A stretch of DNA of 64,000 bases from a virus. The DNA is taken from positions 1 through 64,000 of IMG/VR virus record IMGVR_UViG_3300020057_001232. One strand, written 5' to 3'. This document shows, piece by piece, positions 55,633-64,000 of this stretch. Positions within the stretch are counted from its first letter, which is position 1; each line of letters begins with the position of its first letter. The notes under the pieces were generated by a model. That model did not search any database. It was not told the origin of the DNA and worked only from the letters and a program-made list of their open reading frames with translations. A program made the position numbers and the translations under genes.

Positions 55633-56207
55633 ACAAAGTTACAGTGCTTGGTCTAGGAGCAATCGGTAGCAATCTTCTTCTACAGTTAGCTAAAACACTT
55701 CCAGATTTGCAGTATGTCGGCATCGACTACGACAAAGTGGAAGTGCGTAACATTGGTCCGCAAGCTTACATGACGGAACACGTAAATGCACCTAAGGCAA
55801 AAGCTTTAGCAGCAGTTATTGCAAGATATGCAAGACGTGCTCGCTACCAAGCTGTAGATAAGAAACTTACTGAAGTCTACAAGCCGGAACCGAACGAACT
55901 CGTCCTTGATTGCTTTGACAACACAGCTTCTAGAAAGCTGACAACCGTCGAAGGTCATGTGCTCCATGTCGGCTTTTCCCCTTTCTATTCGGCGGAAGCT
56001 ATATGGTCGCCGCACTTTGAGCCAGCGGGGGATGTTCCCGCTGATGCTCCCGACATCTGTACGATGGCTGGTGCTACACCCTTCATCCACTTCGTTGTAA
56101 ACGCGGCAGCTTTACTTGTCGTAAATTTTGTCTTGAACGGAATCAAGAGAGACCTTATAGTGATCGGATCAATCCAAAACGGTTTTAACTTGAGGTATCT
56201 ATCTTGA
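55620..56207 (+). CDS. ThiF/E1-family adenylyltransferase
   Basis: GLGAIGS, DYDKVEVRN..Q, K..A, DCFDN..SR, candidate catalytic Cys in DICT. Confidence 0.85.
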   Translation: MSEINKVTVLGLGAIGSNLLLQLAKTLPDLQYVGIDYDKVEVRNIGPQAYMTEHVNAPKAKALAAVIARYARRARYQAVDKKLTEVYKPEPNELVLDCFDNTASRKLTTVEGHVLHVGFSPFYSAEAIWSPHFEPAGDVPADAPDICTMAGATPFIHFVVNAAALLVVNFVLNGIKRDLIVIGSIQNGFNLRYLS

Positions 56208-56608
56208 CGACATATTGGTCGGATGTTGACAGGTTCAACGAAATTTACAAGCTACCTAGACCTGTCAAACCGACTAATCCAGCGAACGACCGTTTGGACT
56301 TCTTTAAGCAAATTCTTTTAGAAGAAGTCGAAGAAGTTGAAGCGATCAAGGCTAAAACCGATCCTCTTGAGCGGTTGACAGATCTTGGCGATTGGCTTGC
56401 GGACATCATCGTCTACTGCTCAACGGAGGCTCGCCGCCATGGTCTCCCCATTGAAAAGATCCTCGATGTAATAATGCAGTCGAATTTTTCCAAGCTCGGT
56501 GCAGATGGGAAAACGATCTACGACGAGCGAGGTAAGGTTCTCAAGGGACCTAACTACTGGAAACCAGAACCGTCTATCCAAAAACTTATAGAGAAGGAGT
56601 TGGCATGA
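56204..56608 (+). CDS. MazG-like (PRA-PH) NTP pyrophosphohydrolase
   Basis: EEVEE, D.LAD.IVY, SNFSKL...GKVLKGPNY. Confidence 0.82.
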   Translation: MTTYWSDVDRFNEIYKLPRPVKPTNPANDRLDFFKQILLEEVEEVEAIKAKTDPLERLTDLGDWLADIIVYCSTEARRHGLPIEKILDVIMQSNFSKLGADGKTIYDERGKVLKGPNYWKPEPSIQKLIEKELA

Positions 56609-56964
56609 AGTTCAAGTTGATTTTAGCATTTATGGTTCTTGTGGTCGGCGTTGGCGTCTGTGGATACTTCTACAGCTACGTCTTTGCCCGCACCGTCGTC
56701 GGTGAGATCGTAGACGTAAAACATGCAGGTGCCACAGGCTTTGCGGTGAATCGTGAAATCGCTTTTTCCATGGCAGTAGCCGTTAAAGACGGAACATCCG
56801 GCGAGATCGTTACCGCAAGCACGGAAGACCGCCAATGGGCGGTTGCTAAAGCAGGCATGTGCGCTGAAGCTAAATTCTTCCCGTATCCGCCGTGGGATCT
56901 TGAGAAGTCTGGAACGTATTATAATGCTCGACTGGTAAAGTTGAGTGAGTGTCCGGCGAAGTGA
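56605..56964 (+). CDS. Membrane-anchored hypothetical protein
   Basis: N-terminal transmembrane helix; EDRQWAV...C...FFPYPPW. Confidence 0.55.
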   Translation: MKFKLILAFMVLVVGVGVCGYFYSYVFARTVVGEIVDVKHAGATGFAVNREIAFSMAVAVKDGTSGEIVTASTEDRQWAVAKAGMCAEAKFFPYPPWDLEKSGTYYNARLVKLSECPAK

Positions 56965-57967
56965 CCGCAGCGGCAACGTCAGGACTTTGCCACTTCTTGA
57001 CGCTGCCTTTGACCCAAACAAGTCGCAGCTCTTTTCGCCCCTCGCCACAATACCGCCAACCTAAATGGGCAGCGGAAGACCAACTATCGTCTTGATAGTT
57101 TTTGTCTTTTAGCCAGTTGTAACCGATGAGCATGATCTTAGCTTGGCTGAGGTCTTTGTCTGCTCGTAGGATTTCCTTGCCGCTAGCAGATTTCAATCGA
57201 ACTTCGTTTACGAACTCTCTGATATCAGGTTTGCCGCTGTGGAGATAAGCGACGGTGTTGAGCATGATAGGTACGTGGTAGACGTAGAAGTCTTGTCCTA
57301 CGATTGTCTTCTCTTCGGGGTGGTCAACCAAGAACTCCATCTTCTTGTAGCCTTTGCCTTTGAAGGCGTCCGACAAACGGATCTCTTTGTCTTTAGGCAC
57401 CGTTTTAAACGTGTAACAGCGGTTGTAGTTTTTGTCGATCCAAGCAAAGAAGATTACGCTGTCGTCGGGTGTGGCGTTAGGGTAGCCGCCTTTGACACGG
57501 TGATGAGCAGGGATCTTGTTGAAAGGTCCGATGTAATACCAAAAGCTGTTTAACTCGTCTCCGTCATCGTCTTTGATGTAGGAAGGCAATTGCACGAAGC
57601 CGCTCGCGAACTCCGGCATGTCGGCAAAGCGTAGCTTGTCGAGGCACACCTTCTTGAACTTCTCAAAGAAGCGGTCTTCGAAGAGGTGAACTTTTTCGTC
57701 GCCGTAAGCATCGTAGCAACAAAGCACGTTGGCGAAGAAAATGCCTACGTCAGTGAAGAAAAGTTTCCCAAACAACATCTCGATCATCATGACGAGCTGC
57801 GGTCTCTTCTCTTCCACCTCGTACTTGCCCGTTCTTACGTGATCTACAAGCTTCTTCGTCAAGTAGTTGACACACCCTTTTGACGGGACCAGATCCCGCA
57901 TTAGCGATTTCCAGTCAGGCTCCCGCTGCTCTTTCAAGATCTCAGGCAAAAACTTAGTAACCCGCAA
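56870..57967 (-). CDS. Conserved phage hypothetical protein
   Basis: 365 aa; C-terminal H..WR.CG.GR.....WV resembles 46048-46878. Confidence 0.55.
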   Translation of the reverse strand: MRVTKFLPEILKEQREPDWKSLMRDLVPSKGCVNYLTKKLVDHVRTGKYEVEEKRPQLVMMIEMLFGKLFFTDVGIFFANVLCCYDAYGDEKVHLFEDRFFEKFKKVCLDKLRFADMPEFASGFVQLPSYIKDDDGDELNSFWYYIGPFNKIPAHHRVKGGYPNATPDDSVIFFAWIDKNYNRCYTFKTVPKDKEIRLSDAFKGKGYKKMEFLVDHPEEKTIVGQDFYVYHVPIMLNTVAYLHSGKPDIREFVNEVRLKSASGKEILRADKDLSQAKIMLIGYNWLKDKNYQDDSWSSAAHLGWRYCGEGRKELRLVWVKGSVKKWQSPDVAAAVTSPDTHSTLPVEHYNTFQTSQDPTADTGRI

Positions 57968-58070
57968 GACGTAACCTCCAAAGCTTGTTGGCTTCTTCTA
58001 ACATACCTAGCCTGCCTAAGCCCTTAAAAAATAACACCTCTTATAAATCAGGTGGTTAAGTTATTTACTC

Positions 58071-58097
58071 TAAAGCTTACAATAAAGATGCCGATAC
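58071..58097 (+). promoter_or_regulatory. sigma28 (FliA)-type promoter
   Basis: TAAA-N15-GCCGATAC. Confidence 0.6.
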
Positions 58098-58154
58098 AAT
58101 AATAGGCATTTACAATATTATTAAAGGGGTTCTTATAATCCATTTACCGAAATT

Positions 58155-58196
58155 CGGCGTAAAGCCCCTAGCTTTAGCTATGGGGATATAAGCCGT
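58155..58196 (+). mobile_element. Solo IS200/IS605-family left-end palindrome
   Basis: CGGCGTAAAGCCCCTAGCTTTAGCTATGGGGATATAAGCCG resembles 28025-28063. Confidence 0.65.
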
Positions 58197-58209
58197 CCTA
58201 GTTCACAAC

Positions 58210-58785
58210 TTGCTCTTTTTCTACACACAGCCCCCGATGTTTGATCGAAAGCAAACTTGGGACTACATCAAAAACCAGTGTACAGGCGAGCGGACCTTCA
58301 GCTTGAAGGGTCGCACGCCGGAGTCGCTTTTGCGGCTTGTAACAGCTTGGCATCGAGATCTAGCACACGACAGGCAGTTAAAGTCATTAGGCATTAGAAA
58401 AGATGCGAAATGGGAACCTTCCGGCATAGGAGCGTTCGAGAAACAAACGGGCTCCATTGAAGAGAACAATTATAAGCTGATCCAGATAAAGGAAATCACC
58501 TCTTATAAAGGGCTTGCAGAAGAAGGCAGACGCATGAAGCACTGCGTCAGAAGCTACGCCCAATCATGTATCGACGGCAGACGAGCCATATTTTCTTTCG
58601 TCCGAGCCGACCTCTGGAATGCAGCAGAGGGGAAAAACAGCTTGACGTTAGAGGTAGACCTCAATGTCCGCAGCATCTGTCAGATCCGTGGCTTTGAAAA
58701 CCGCAAGCCGCTAAGTAGCGAAATGAAGTTCATTCAGGAATGGGCTCAAGTAGAACGCTTAACTGTATCGAGATATCTTTCATGA
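58210..58785 (+). CDS. PcfJ-like domain protein, possibly 5'-truncated
   Basis: L.EEGRRMKHCVRSY, IFS, TLEV, QIRG..NR. Confidence 0.75.
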   Translation: MLFFYTQPPMFDRKQTWDYIKNQCTGERTFSLKGRTPESLLRLVTAWHRDLAHDRQLKSLGIRKDAKWEPSGIGAFEKQTGSIEENNYKLIQIKEITSYKGLAEEGRRMKHCVRSYAQSCIDGRRAIFSFVRADLWNAAEGKNSLTLEVDLNVRSICQIRGFENRKPLSSEMKFIQEWAQVERLTVSRYLS

Positions 58786-58921
58786 GAAAGAAGATCTTCT
58801 TTTGACATTAAAGGACACGGTTTATTCATATAGCGGTTCATAAACCGTGGGTTTGACTATCTAAAAAAGTATAAAATATAGGGGCAACTTATATTTTCAT
58901 ATGTTTTGATAGGAGGCTCTA

Positions 58922-60259
58922 ATGAAGTTCTATTCCCTTTTATTTGCGGTCTTGATGACCGCCTCAGGATGTGTAACTACACCCGACGAAAAGCCCACGA
59001 CGGCGAGCAACCGCCCTCGACACCGACCTGGAAAACCTTCCGTCTCGGCTGCGGCAACTACGACGAAACTAGTGGCTGCATCTTTAGTAATGAACAAGGG
59101 TTCGAAAAGCTCGCAGCCGCTTTCCGTGCTCTCGGTTCAAGATCAGTCCGGGACGGTGGACGGCTGGAGCAAGTACATCGAGTTCACGCCGGTCTCGACA
59201 GGCTTAACGGCGAACTTTATCTTCAATGTCCCCGCAGGTGTTACGCCTACGGCGTTGACAGTTAAAACAAACTACAAAGGACGCCGAAAAGGATCTCAAC
59301 TGTGGGGTTGGAAACTTTATAATTTTACAACTGGAACTTGGGTAACTGTAGGTGACAACACGCCTGCCGCATCTTGGACGTGGACACCGATGTCCTTTCC
59401 TGTACCGGCTCCGCTTAGCCGCTTTATGAATGCCTCACGGCAGATAAAACTACGCTTCGACACCTTTTCAGGCGTAGACCTTTGCGACATTGATTACCTC
59501 GTAATTGAAGCGACAACGGATGTTGTGCCACCGCCTCCACCTCCACCCTCAGGTACTTGGTGGAAACCAACACCTGGGATCAAGTGGCAGATGCAATATA
59601 CGGGCACCATTGACATCAACGTAAATGCGCCCGTTTACTTCCTAGATACGTTCTTCTCGTCTAAGACCTTGATCGACCAAGTTAAGGCTAAAGGACGCAA
59701 AGTCATTTGCTACATCAATGGCGGCAGTTGGGAAAGCTACGCCCCTGACGCTGCCAGTTTCCCGGCTTCTGTGATCGGTAAGGGAGTCAGCGGGTGGGCG
59801 GACGAGAAGTTTATCGACATTAGGCAGGTCGATATTCTTTGGGCGATTATGCTTAAGAGAATCGACATGGCGCAGCAGAAAGGCTGCGACGGCTTCTACC
59901 ACGATTGGGCTCACATCTTCACCGAGGACACGGGCTTTCCGATCACGGCAGCGGACCAAATCAAGTGGAACACGCTTTTCGCCACCGAAGGTCACAAGCG
60001 AAACATGAGTGTGGGGCTTATCAATGATCTTTTACAAGTAAAAGAGCTTGTAAACTTGTACGATTGGGGCATGATTGAGTCTTGCAATGTATACAACGAG
60101 TGTGCTTACGAGAACCCCTTCATCGCCCAAAACAAAGCGGTCTTCGCCCTTGAGTATCAAGGCGATCCCGCCGCCGTCTGTCCGAAGCTGAACGCTTTGA
60201 ACTTTGACGGGCAGTACAAGCACCTACTTTTAGACGCCTGGAAACAAGACTGTAGATAA
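58922..60259 (+). CDS. GH114 endo-alpha-1,4-polygalactosaminidase-like lipoprotein
   Basis: WQMQY, ICYINGGSWE, KGCDG, ESC..YNEC and KAVFALEY motifs; lipobox ASGC; poly-Pro linker. Confidence 0.82.
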   Translation: MKFYSLLFAVLMTASGCVTTPDEKPTTASNRPRHRPGKPSVSAAATTTKLVAASLVMNKGSKSSQPLSVLSVQDQSGTVDGWSKYIEFTPVSTGLTANFIFNVPAGVTPTALTVKTNYKGRRKGSQLWGWKLYNFTTGTWVTVGDNTPAASWTWTPMSFPVPAPLSRFMNASRQIKLRFDTFSGVDLCDIDYLVIEATTDVVPPPPPPPSGTWWKPTPGIKWQMQYTGTIDINVNAPVYFLDTFFSSKTLIDQVKAKGRKVICYINGGSWESYAPDAASFPASVIGKGVSGWADEKFIDIRQVDILWAIMLKRIDMAQQKGCDGFYHDWAHIFTEDTGFPITAADQIKWNTLFATEGHKRNMSVGLINDLLQVKELVNLYDWGMIESCNVYNECAYENPFIAQNKAVFALEYQGDPAAVCPKLNALNFDGQYKHLLLDAWKQDCR

Positions 60260-60377
60260 GTATTGATCTTTTAGACGCCGCATTGACCCTAGATCAATGC
60301 GGCGTTTAACTTTAATCCTCTTTGAGGTAAGCTGTCCCCTTCAGAAACCCAGCGAAGCGGTAAAAAAGGTTCAAGAC

Positions 60378-61373
60378 ATGAGAGAAAAGATCTTTCAAGC
60401 CGTCATCGGCTCACATCTTTATGGAACAAGCCGTCCGCAGAGTGACGAAGACTTTTTAGGAGTTTACTTGCCTACGGCGGAAGATCTTTGTTCGATGCAG
60501 AGCCCTCCCGGTGAAATCAGCGAGAACGTCAAACTGACCGAAGGGCGACGTAATTCTGCGGGTGATGTTGACAGCAAATTCTTCAGTGTCAAACGCTTCT
60601 TCGAGCTAGCTCTGCAAGGTCAAACAACTGCTATCGAGCTGTTCTTTGTCCCTGACGAATTAGTAACGATCAAGACACCTCTTTGGGACGAGATCAAAGC
60701 GCACCGCAGTCTCTTCTTGTCGAAACAAAGCGTAGCTCCGTTTGTGGGCTTTTGCCGTTCGCAAGCGGGCAAAGCTACGCTTAAAGGTCAGAACTTAAAG
60801 CAGCTCCAAAAGCTGATAAAGGCTCTTGAAGCGTTGACCGAGAACGACAAGAAAAGAAAGATCATGAGCTTTGTCGATATGGACGACGTTTCGGCGGCAG
60901 AAGCACTAGGGGAGGGAGCCATGCTTTTTGGTATGGAGTTCCCGGTCTTCTTAGATCAGAACGGCATCTTCCATTTGGTCGTCTGCAACAACCGTAAACT
61001 CACCATAAACAACACGGCGGAATCGTGGCTGACGACAGCTCGTATTCTAGAAGAACGCTACGGCACAAGGGTTCGGACGGCGGCTGACACCCACTACGAT
61101 TACAAGTCGCTTTACCATGCGTTTAGAATCGCTGGCGAAGCTGAAGAGCTTTTGGTCGAGGGGCGCTTGAGCTTGCCGAGACCACAGCAGGAGTTGGAGT
61201 TTTTAATGGCGCTACGTGCGGAGACTTTTGCCCCCGACTACATGGAGCAGTTAGAAGCCTGTATTGCCAAAGTCGAAGCACTCAAAAGCAAAAGCTCTTT
61301 GCCTGATAAGCCTGACTACGACGCCGTTGGAAAACTCTGCATTGACTTACACCGTAAACTTTTTAACGCTTGA
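60378..61373 (+). CDS. Pol-beta superfamily nucleotidyltransferase (RlaP/YcgL-like)
   Basis: GSHLYG.....SDED..GVY; YD.K..YHA.R. Confidence 0.8.
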   Translation: MREKIFQAVIGSHLYGTSRPQSDEDFLGVYLPTAEDLCSMQSPPGEISENVKLTEGRRNSAGDVDSKFFSVKRFFELALQGQTTAIELFFVPDELVTIKTPLWDEIKAHRSLFLSKQSVAPFVGFCRSQAGKATLKGQNLKQLQKLIKALEALTENDKKRKIMSFVDMDDVSAAEALGEGAMLFGMEFPVFLDQNGIFHLVVCNNRKLTINNTAESWLTTARILEERYGTRVRTAADTHYDYKSLYHAFRIAGEAEELLVEGRLSLPRPQQELEFLMALRAETFAPDYMEQLEACIAKVEALKSKSSLPDKPDYDAVGKLCIDLHRKLFNA

Positions 61374-61382
61374 GGATTTACA

Positions 61383-61961
61383 ATGACTATAGCCGATGCT
61401 GTGTTTGACCCAAACGTAAGACCTAAGCTCCGCTGTGAAGAGACTTGGAAACATGTAGCTAAGATCCTAGCTCCTAAAGTTTCGGAGTGGGCAGGTGAAG
61501 AAGTTCTAGAAGGTGAAAGCTTCGAAGACGAAATATTTCAAATTTTAGACGACGCCTTCAGCTTAGATGGTTTCAAGCTTGCCAAAGAGTTCGATGACCT
61601 CGGCTATGAAGCCGACTTAGATCTTGTAGAAATTTTAAACGAAGTAGAATACCTCGCCATGAATTTTAAGGCGAAGCAGGAACAGGCGTGGGTAGTTCAC
61701 TTCGGAGCCAAAGCCAAACTGCTAGTCGGAGCCGTTGTCAAAGTTAAGCATAGACACGACGACCAAGTGGGCACCATCGTTGAGATCGACAAAAAGCGGG
61801 GATACTACACCGTACAAATAGACGCTTTAGGGCACGGTGTTCAAAAAGTAGGCAGCCGAACGGTTGGCTGCAATTACGCTTTTGAAGAAGTGGAGAAGTG
61901 GAATGCAGAGCTACAAAATGGAGATACCGTTTCTAGCACAAAGCCCGGAGCAAGCCCATGA
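61383..61961 (+). CDS. Hypothetical protein
   Basis: 192-aa ORF with GAGG RBS. Confidence 0.55.
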   Translation: MTIADAVFDPNVRPKLRCEETWKHVAKILAPKVSEWAGEEVLEGESFEDEIFQILDDAFSLDGFKLAKEFDDLGYEADLDLVEILNEVEYLAMNFKAKQEQAWVVHFGAKAKLLVGAVVKVKHRHDDQVGTIVEIDKKRGYYTVQIDALGHGVQKVGSRTVGCNYAFEEVEKWNAELQNGDTVSSTKPGASP

Positions 61962-62082
61962 AGCTCATGGAGAAGCTGGCGATACTCTGCCGGAGTTCGC
62001 TCTCGGAAGCGTCAACACCTGACCGTTTCGTCGTCAGCGACTACGACGGCAACCTCATAAATCCTGAGTTCCACGAAGAGTT

Positions 62083-62376
62083 TTAGTTGCGTAGAGAGCG
62101 CTCGACAATCTTATAGCTCTCCGCTAACTCAAGCGACTCTTCGGTGACATCAGGATAAGTCCAAAGCTTCTGCTTCTCAAGATATGTGAAGTAGGGGTGC
62201 TCGTCTTCGATATATTTTTTAGCATCGTCGTAATCAATGAAAACTTCTTCTACGTCGGAAAAGCCGTAGGGGAGGTCTTTTACTACGATGTAAACTGTGT
62301 CGATTCTCAAGTTGTCTTTAGTGTATTCTTTAGCTGCACTTCCCAATCTACCACCCAATCCTTTCGTAACAGACAA
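62083..62376 (-). CDS. Hypothetical protein
   Basis: ORF downstream of DHFR; start uncertain. Confidence 0.4.
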   Translation of the reverse strand: MSVTKGLGGRLGSAAKEYTKDNLRIDTVYIVVKDLPYGFSDVEEVFIDYDDAKKYIEDEHPYFTYLEKQKLWTYPDVTEESLELAESYKIVERSLRN

Positions 62377-62830
62377 CTCGGTAATCTAGACCGGCGTCTT
62401 CCCCTTGTTCAATTACTGTCTGGTGCCATTTCTTTTCATCTACCACAGGAAAGAATGTATCACCAGCAAAGCTTTGCTCGACATGCGTCAAAGTCATAGA
62501 ACCGGCGACATCTAAAGCTTCCTTGTAGAGACCTTCGCCACCAATTACGAAACAGTCGAAGGCACATAACTTCAAGGCGTCGTAGAAGCTAGAAGCTGTC
62601 TCGACGCCATCAACTAAACCTTGCTTAGACGTAACTACAATATTTCTACGATTGGGTAGTGGTCTGCCGATAGACTCGAAAGTCATACGACCCATGACAA
62701 CGGTGGAACCCTTAGTCAGCTCTTTAAAGCGTTTGAGGTCTTTAGGCATGTACCATGGAAGCTTTCCAGCAATGCCGATGGCACGGTTGCTGGCAACCGC
62801 AGCTACAATTTTAATTGGGAGGTGAAGCAT
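62348..62830 (-). CDS. folA: Dihydrofolate reductase
   Basis: IG..GKLPW..P.DL.RFK..T, MGR.TFESIGRPLPNRRN, IGG, GDTFFP. Confidence 0.93.
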   Translation of the reverse strand: MLHLPIKIVAAVASNRAIGIAGKLPWYMPKDLKRFKELTKGSTVVMGRMTFESIGRPLPNRRNIVVTSKQGLVDGVETASSFYDALKLCAFDCFVIGGEGLYKEALDVAGSMTLTHVEQSFAGDTFFPVVDEKKWHQTVIEQGEDAGLDYRVVCYERIGW

Positions 62831-62845
62831 ACTGTCAGGTTACGA

Positions 62846-63190
62846 TCAGCGGCTTTTTTTCGCAAGATGTTTAACGAGGTTTTTGATCTTGATACGTGGA
62901 CGCTTTTCTAGTGCCACTACAATTTCAATCTCTTCTCCGGACGTGCTTGAATAAACACGGTGGACTACGGAATGATCGACGACCGACACTCGCCACTGGT
63001 CCACTTCTTCGAGTTTCTTTTTTCCAACGACAAGGTTGCGAGTTGTCCCTTCGCTGATCGACGCTTCGATGCCTTTAACGGCAAGGGCTCTTACAAGGAT
63101 TCTGTCGATGAGGGCAGTAACGTCCTTTTCGTATTCACGTCTTTCGTCCGTGCTTGGGAAACGGTACTTACTGAGAACTTTGTGCATCAT
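62846..63190 (-). CDS. Hypothetical protein
   Basis: ORF coupled (ATGA overlap) to the upstream peptidase gene. Confidence 0.5.
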   Translation of the reverse strand: MMHKVLSKYRFPSTDERREYEKDVTALIDRILVRALAVKGIEASISEGTTRNLVVGKKKLEEVDQWRVSVVDHSVVHRVYSSTSGEEIEIVVALEKRPRIKIKNLVKHLAKKSR

Positions 63191-63999
63191 TGGTCAACTC
63201 GGTACATAAAAAAGTAATCGTCCATCACTTCCGCTGCGGGATATCCCCGCCACATCGGCGTGTGACCATATTCGTCATCCGTCAATTGGCTGACTTCGGT
63301 GGCGAGATCCCTGAATGTAGCTAGGGGCTTTTCAGTGGTGAATTTTTCTACAGTCTGCCTAAACGTGTACGTAAACGACCCACCCCGAGCACTACCTAAA
63401 TCTTGGGAGTTTTCATTTTGCTTAGACGCAGAGAAGATGAAAGCTTGCTTGTAGAGAGTGTTCGCTTGCTCTTGTAGCGGCTCTTCGATGGTTTCTGCTA
63501 TGAGAGGGTGCGAACCCGTTTCGGAGTCGGGCTCAGTGACAATTGCGTCACCGTTGCCGTCAACGAAAGAGCCGGACAGGCAGGAGTCGAGCATGACGAT
63601 CAAGCGGTCGAAAGGCTCGGTGCGGACTTCAGCGATGGCAGCGATGACTTCCCTGAAGGTAAACGAGCGGTCGTCCGCCAAAAGGATACCTCTGTTGCCG
63701 TGCCCGCTGAAGTAGAAGAGAAAGCTGTCAGCTTCTCTAGCTTCTTGTTTTACAAGATCGAAGATTTCGCTTGTTGATGCGTTGGCGTCGATGGCGACGT
63801 TGAAGTGGTATTCCGGCTTTGAGAAGAGCGTATTCAGCTCTCTGATGTCGGTAGGTACCCCGGCTAAGCCGTTGGGGGCACCTATGAGGACAGCACGGTT
63901 GTTACCACCGCCGTCGTACCCTAAGCCGTTTAAGGACGACGTTGAAGGTGGTTGTCCGCAGCCTGCTAGAACAAGAACGCTGAGAATAAGCTTTTTCAT
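63187..63999 (-). CDS. Caspase-family (C14) peptidase lipoprotein
   Basis: YFSGHG and LDSCLSG catalytic dyad; lipobox LAGC. Confidence 0.8.
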   Translation of the reverse strand: MKKLILSVLVLAGCGQPPSTSSLNGLGYDGGGNNRAVLIGAPNGLAGVPTDIRELNTLFSKPEYHFNVAIDANASTSEIFDLVKQEAREADSFLFYFSGHGNRGILLADDRSFTFREVIAAIAEVRTEPFDRLIVMLDSCLSGSFVDGNGDAIVTEPDSETGSHPLIAETIEEPLQEQANTLYKQAFIFSASKQNENSQDLGSARGGSFTYTFRQTVEKFTTEKPLATFRDLATEVSQLTDDEYGHTPMWRGYPAAEVMDDYFFMYRVDQ

Positions 64000-64000
64000 A

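Noticed and set aside
55620-56207. ThiF/MoeB for thiamine or molybdopterin synthesis
   Set aside because: No thi or moa genes nearby, no zinc-binding CxxC pairs, and the gene is coupled to a JAB peptidase
1-64000. Genome-wide TAG recoding suggested by the CUA tRNA
   Set aside because: Long genes are intact under code 11, and the TAG ends checked (helicase, CobT-like gene, DHFR) are soon followed by other stops or the next gene
1-64000. CRISPR array
   Set aside because: No regularly spaced repeat-spacer series seen; the recurring CCCCGGCTTTAGCCGTGGGG palindromes are IS ends

Overview
This window looks like part of a large (jumbo-type) dsDNA phage genome: dense short hypothetical genes, a UDG-fused family A DNA polymerase with two inteins, an intein-containing DinG helicase, a DnaG primase, tail-fibre genes, and NAD-salvage, DHFR and nucleotide-pool genes. 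Secreted lipoprotein hydrolases, a GspC-like gene and four sigma28-type promoters suggest a Bdellovibrionota-like host (inference). The strongest candidates for an undescribed system are: (1) a 993-aa divergent reverse-transcriptase-fold protein (CGDD active site, ~550-aa unknown N-terminus) preceded by a promoter and a ~110-nt structured RNA closed by a 14-bp inverted repeat; and (2) a split ubiquitin-like conjugation module (Ubl + TROVE/vWA, then unknown protein + JAB + E1) whose second half is headed by a tRNA-containing, Y-RNA-like ncRNA. Also notable are a tRNA-Pyl-like CUA-anticodon tRNA next to a Pth2-like gene, and an N-terminal 'KY' motif shared by unrelated proteins. All calls come from motif recognition by eye; no searches or folding programs were run.
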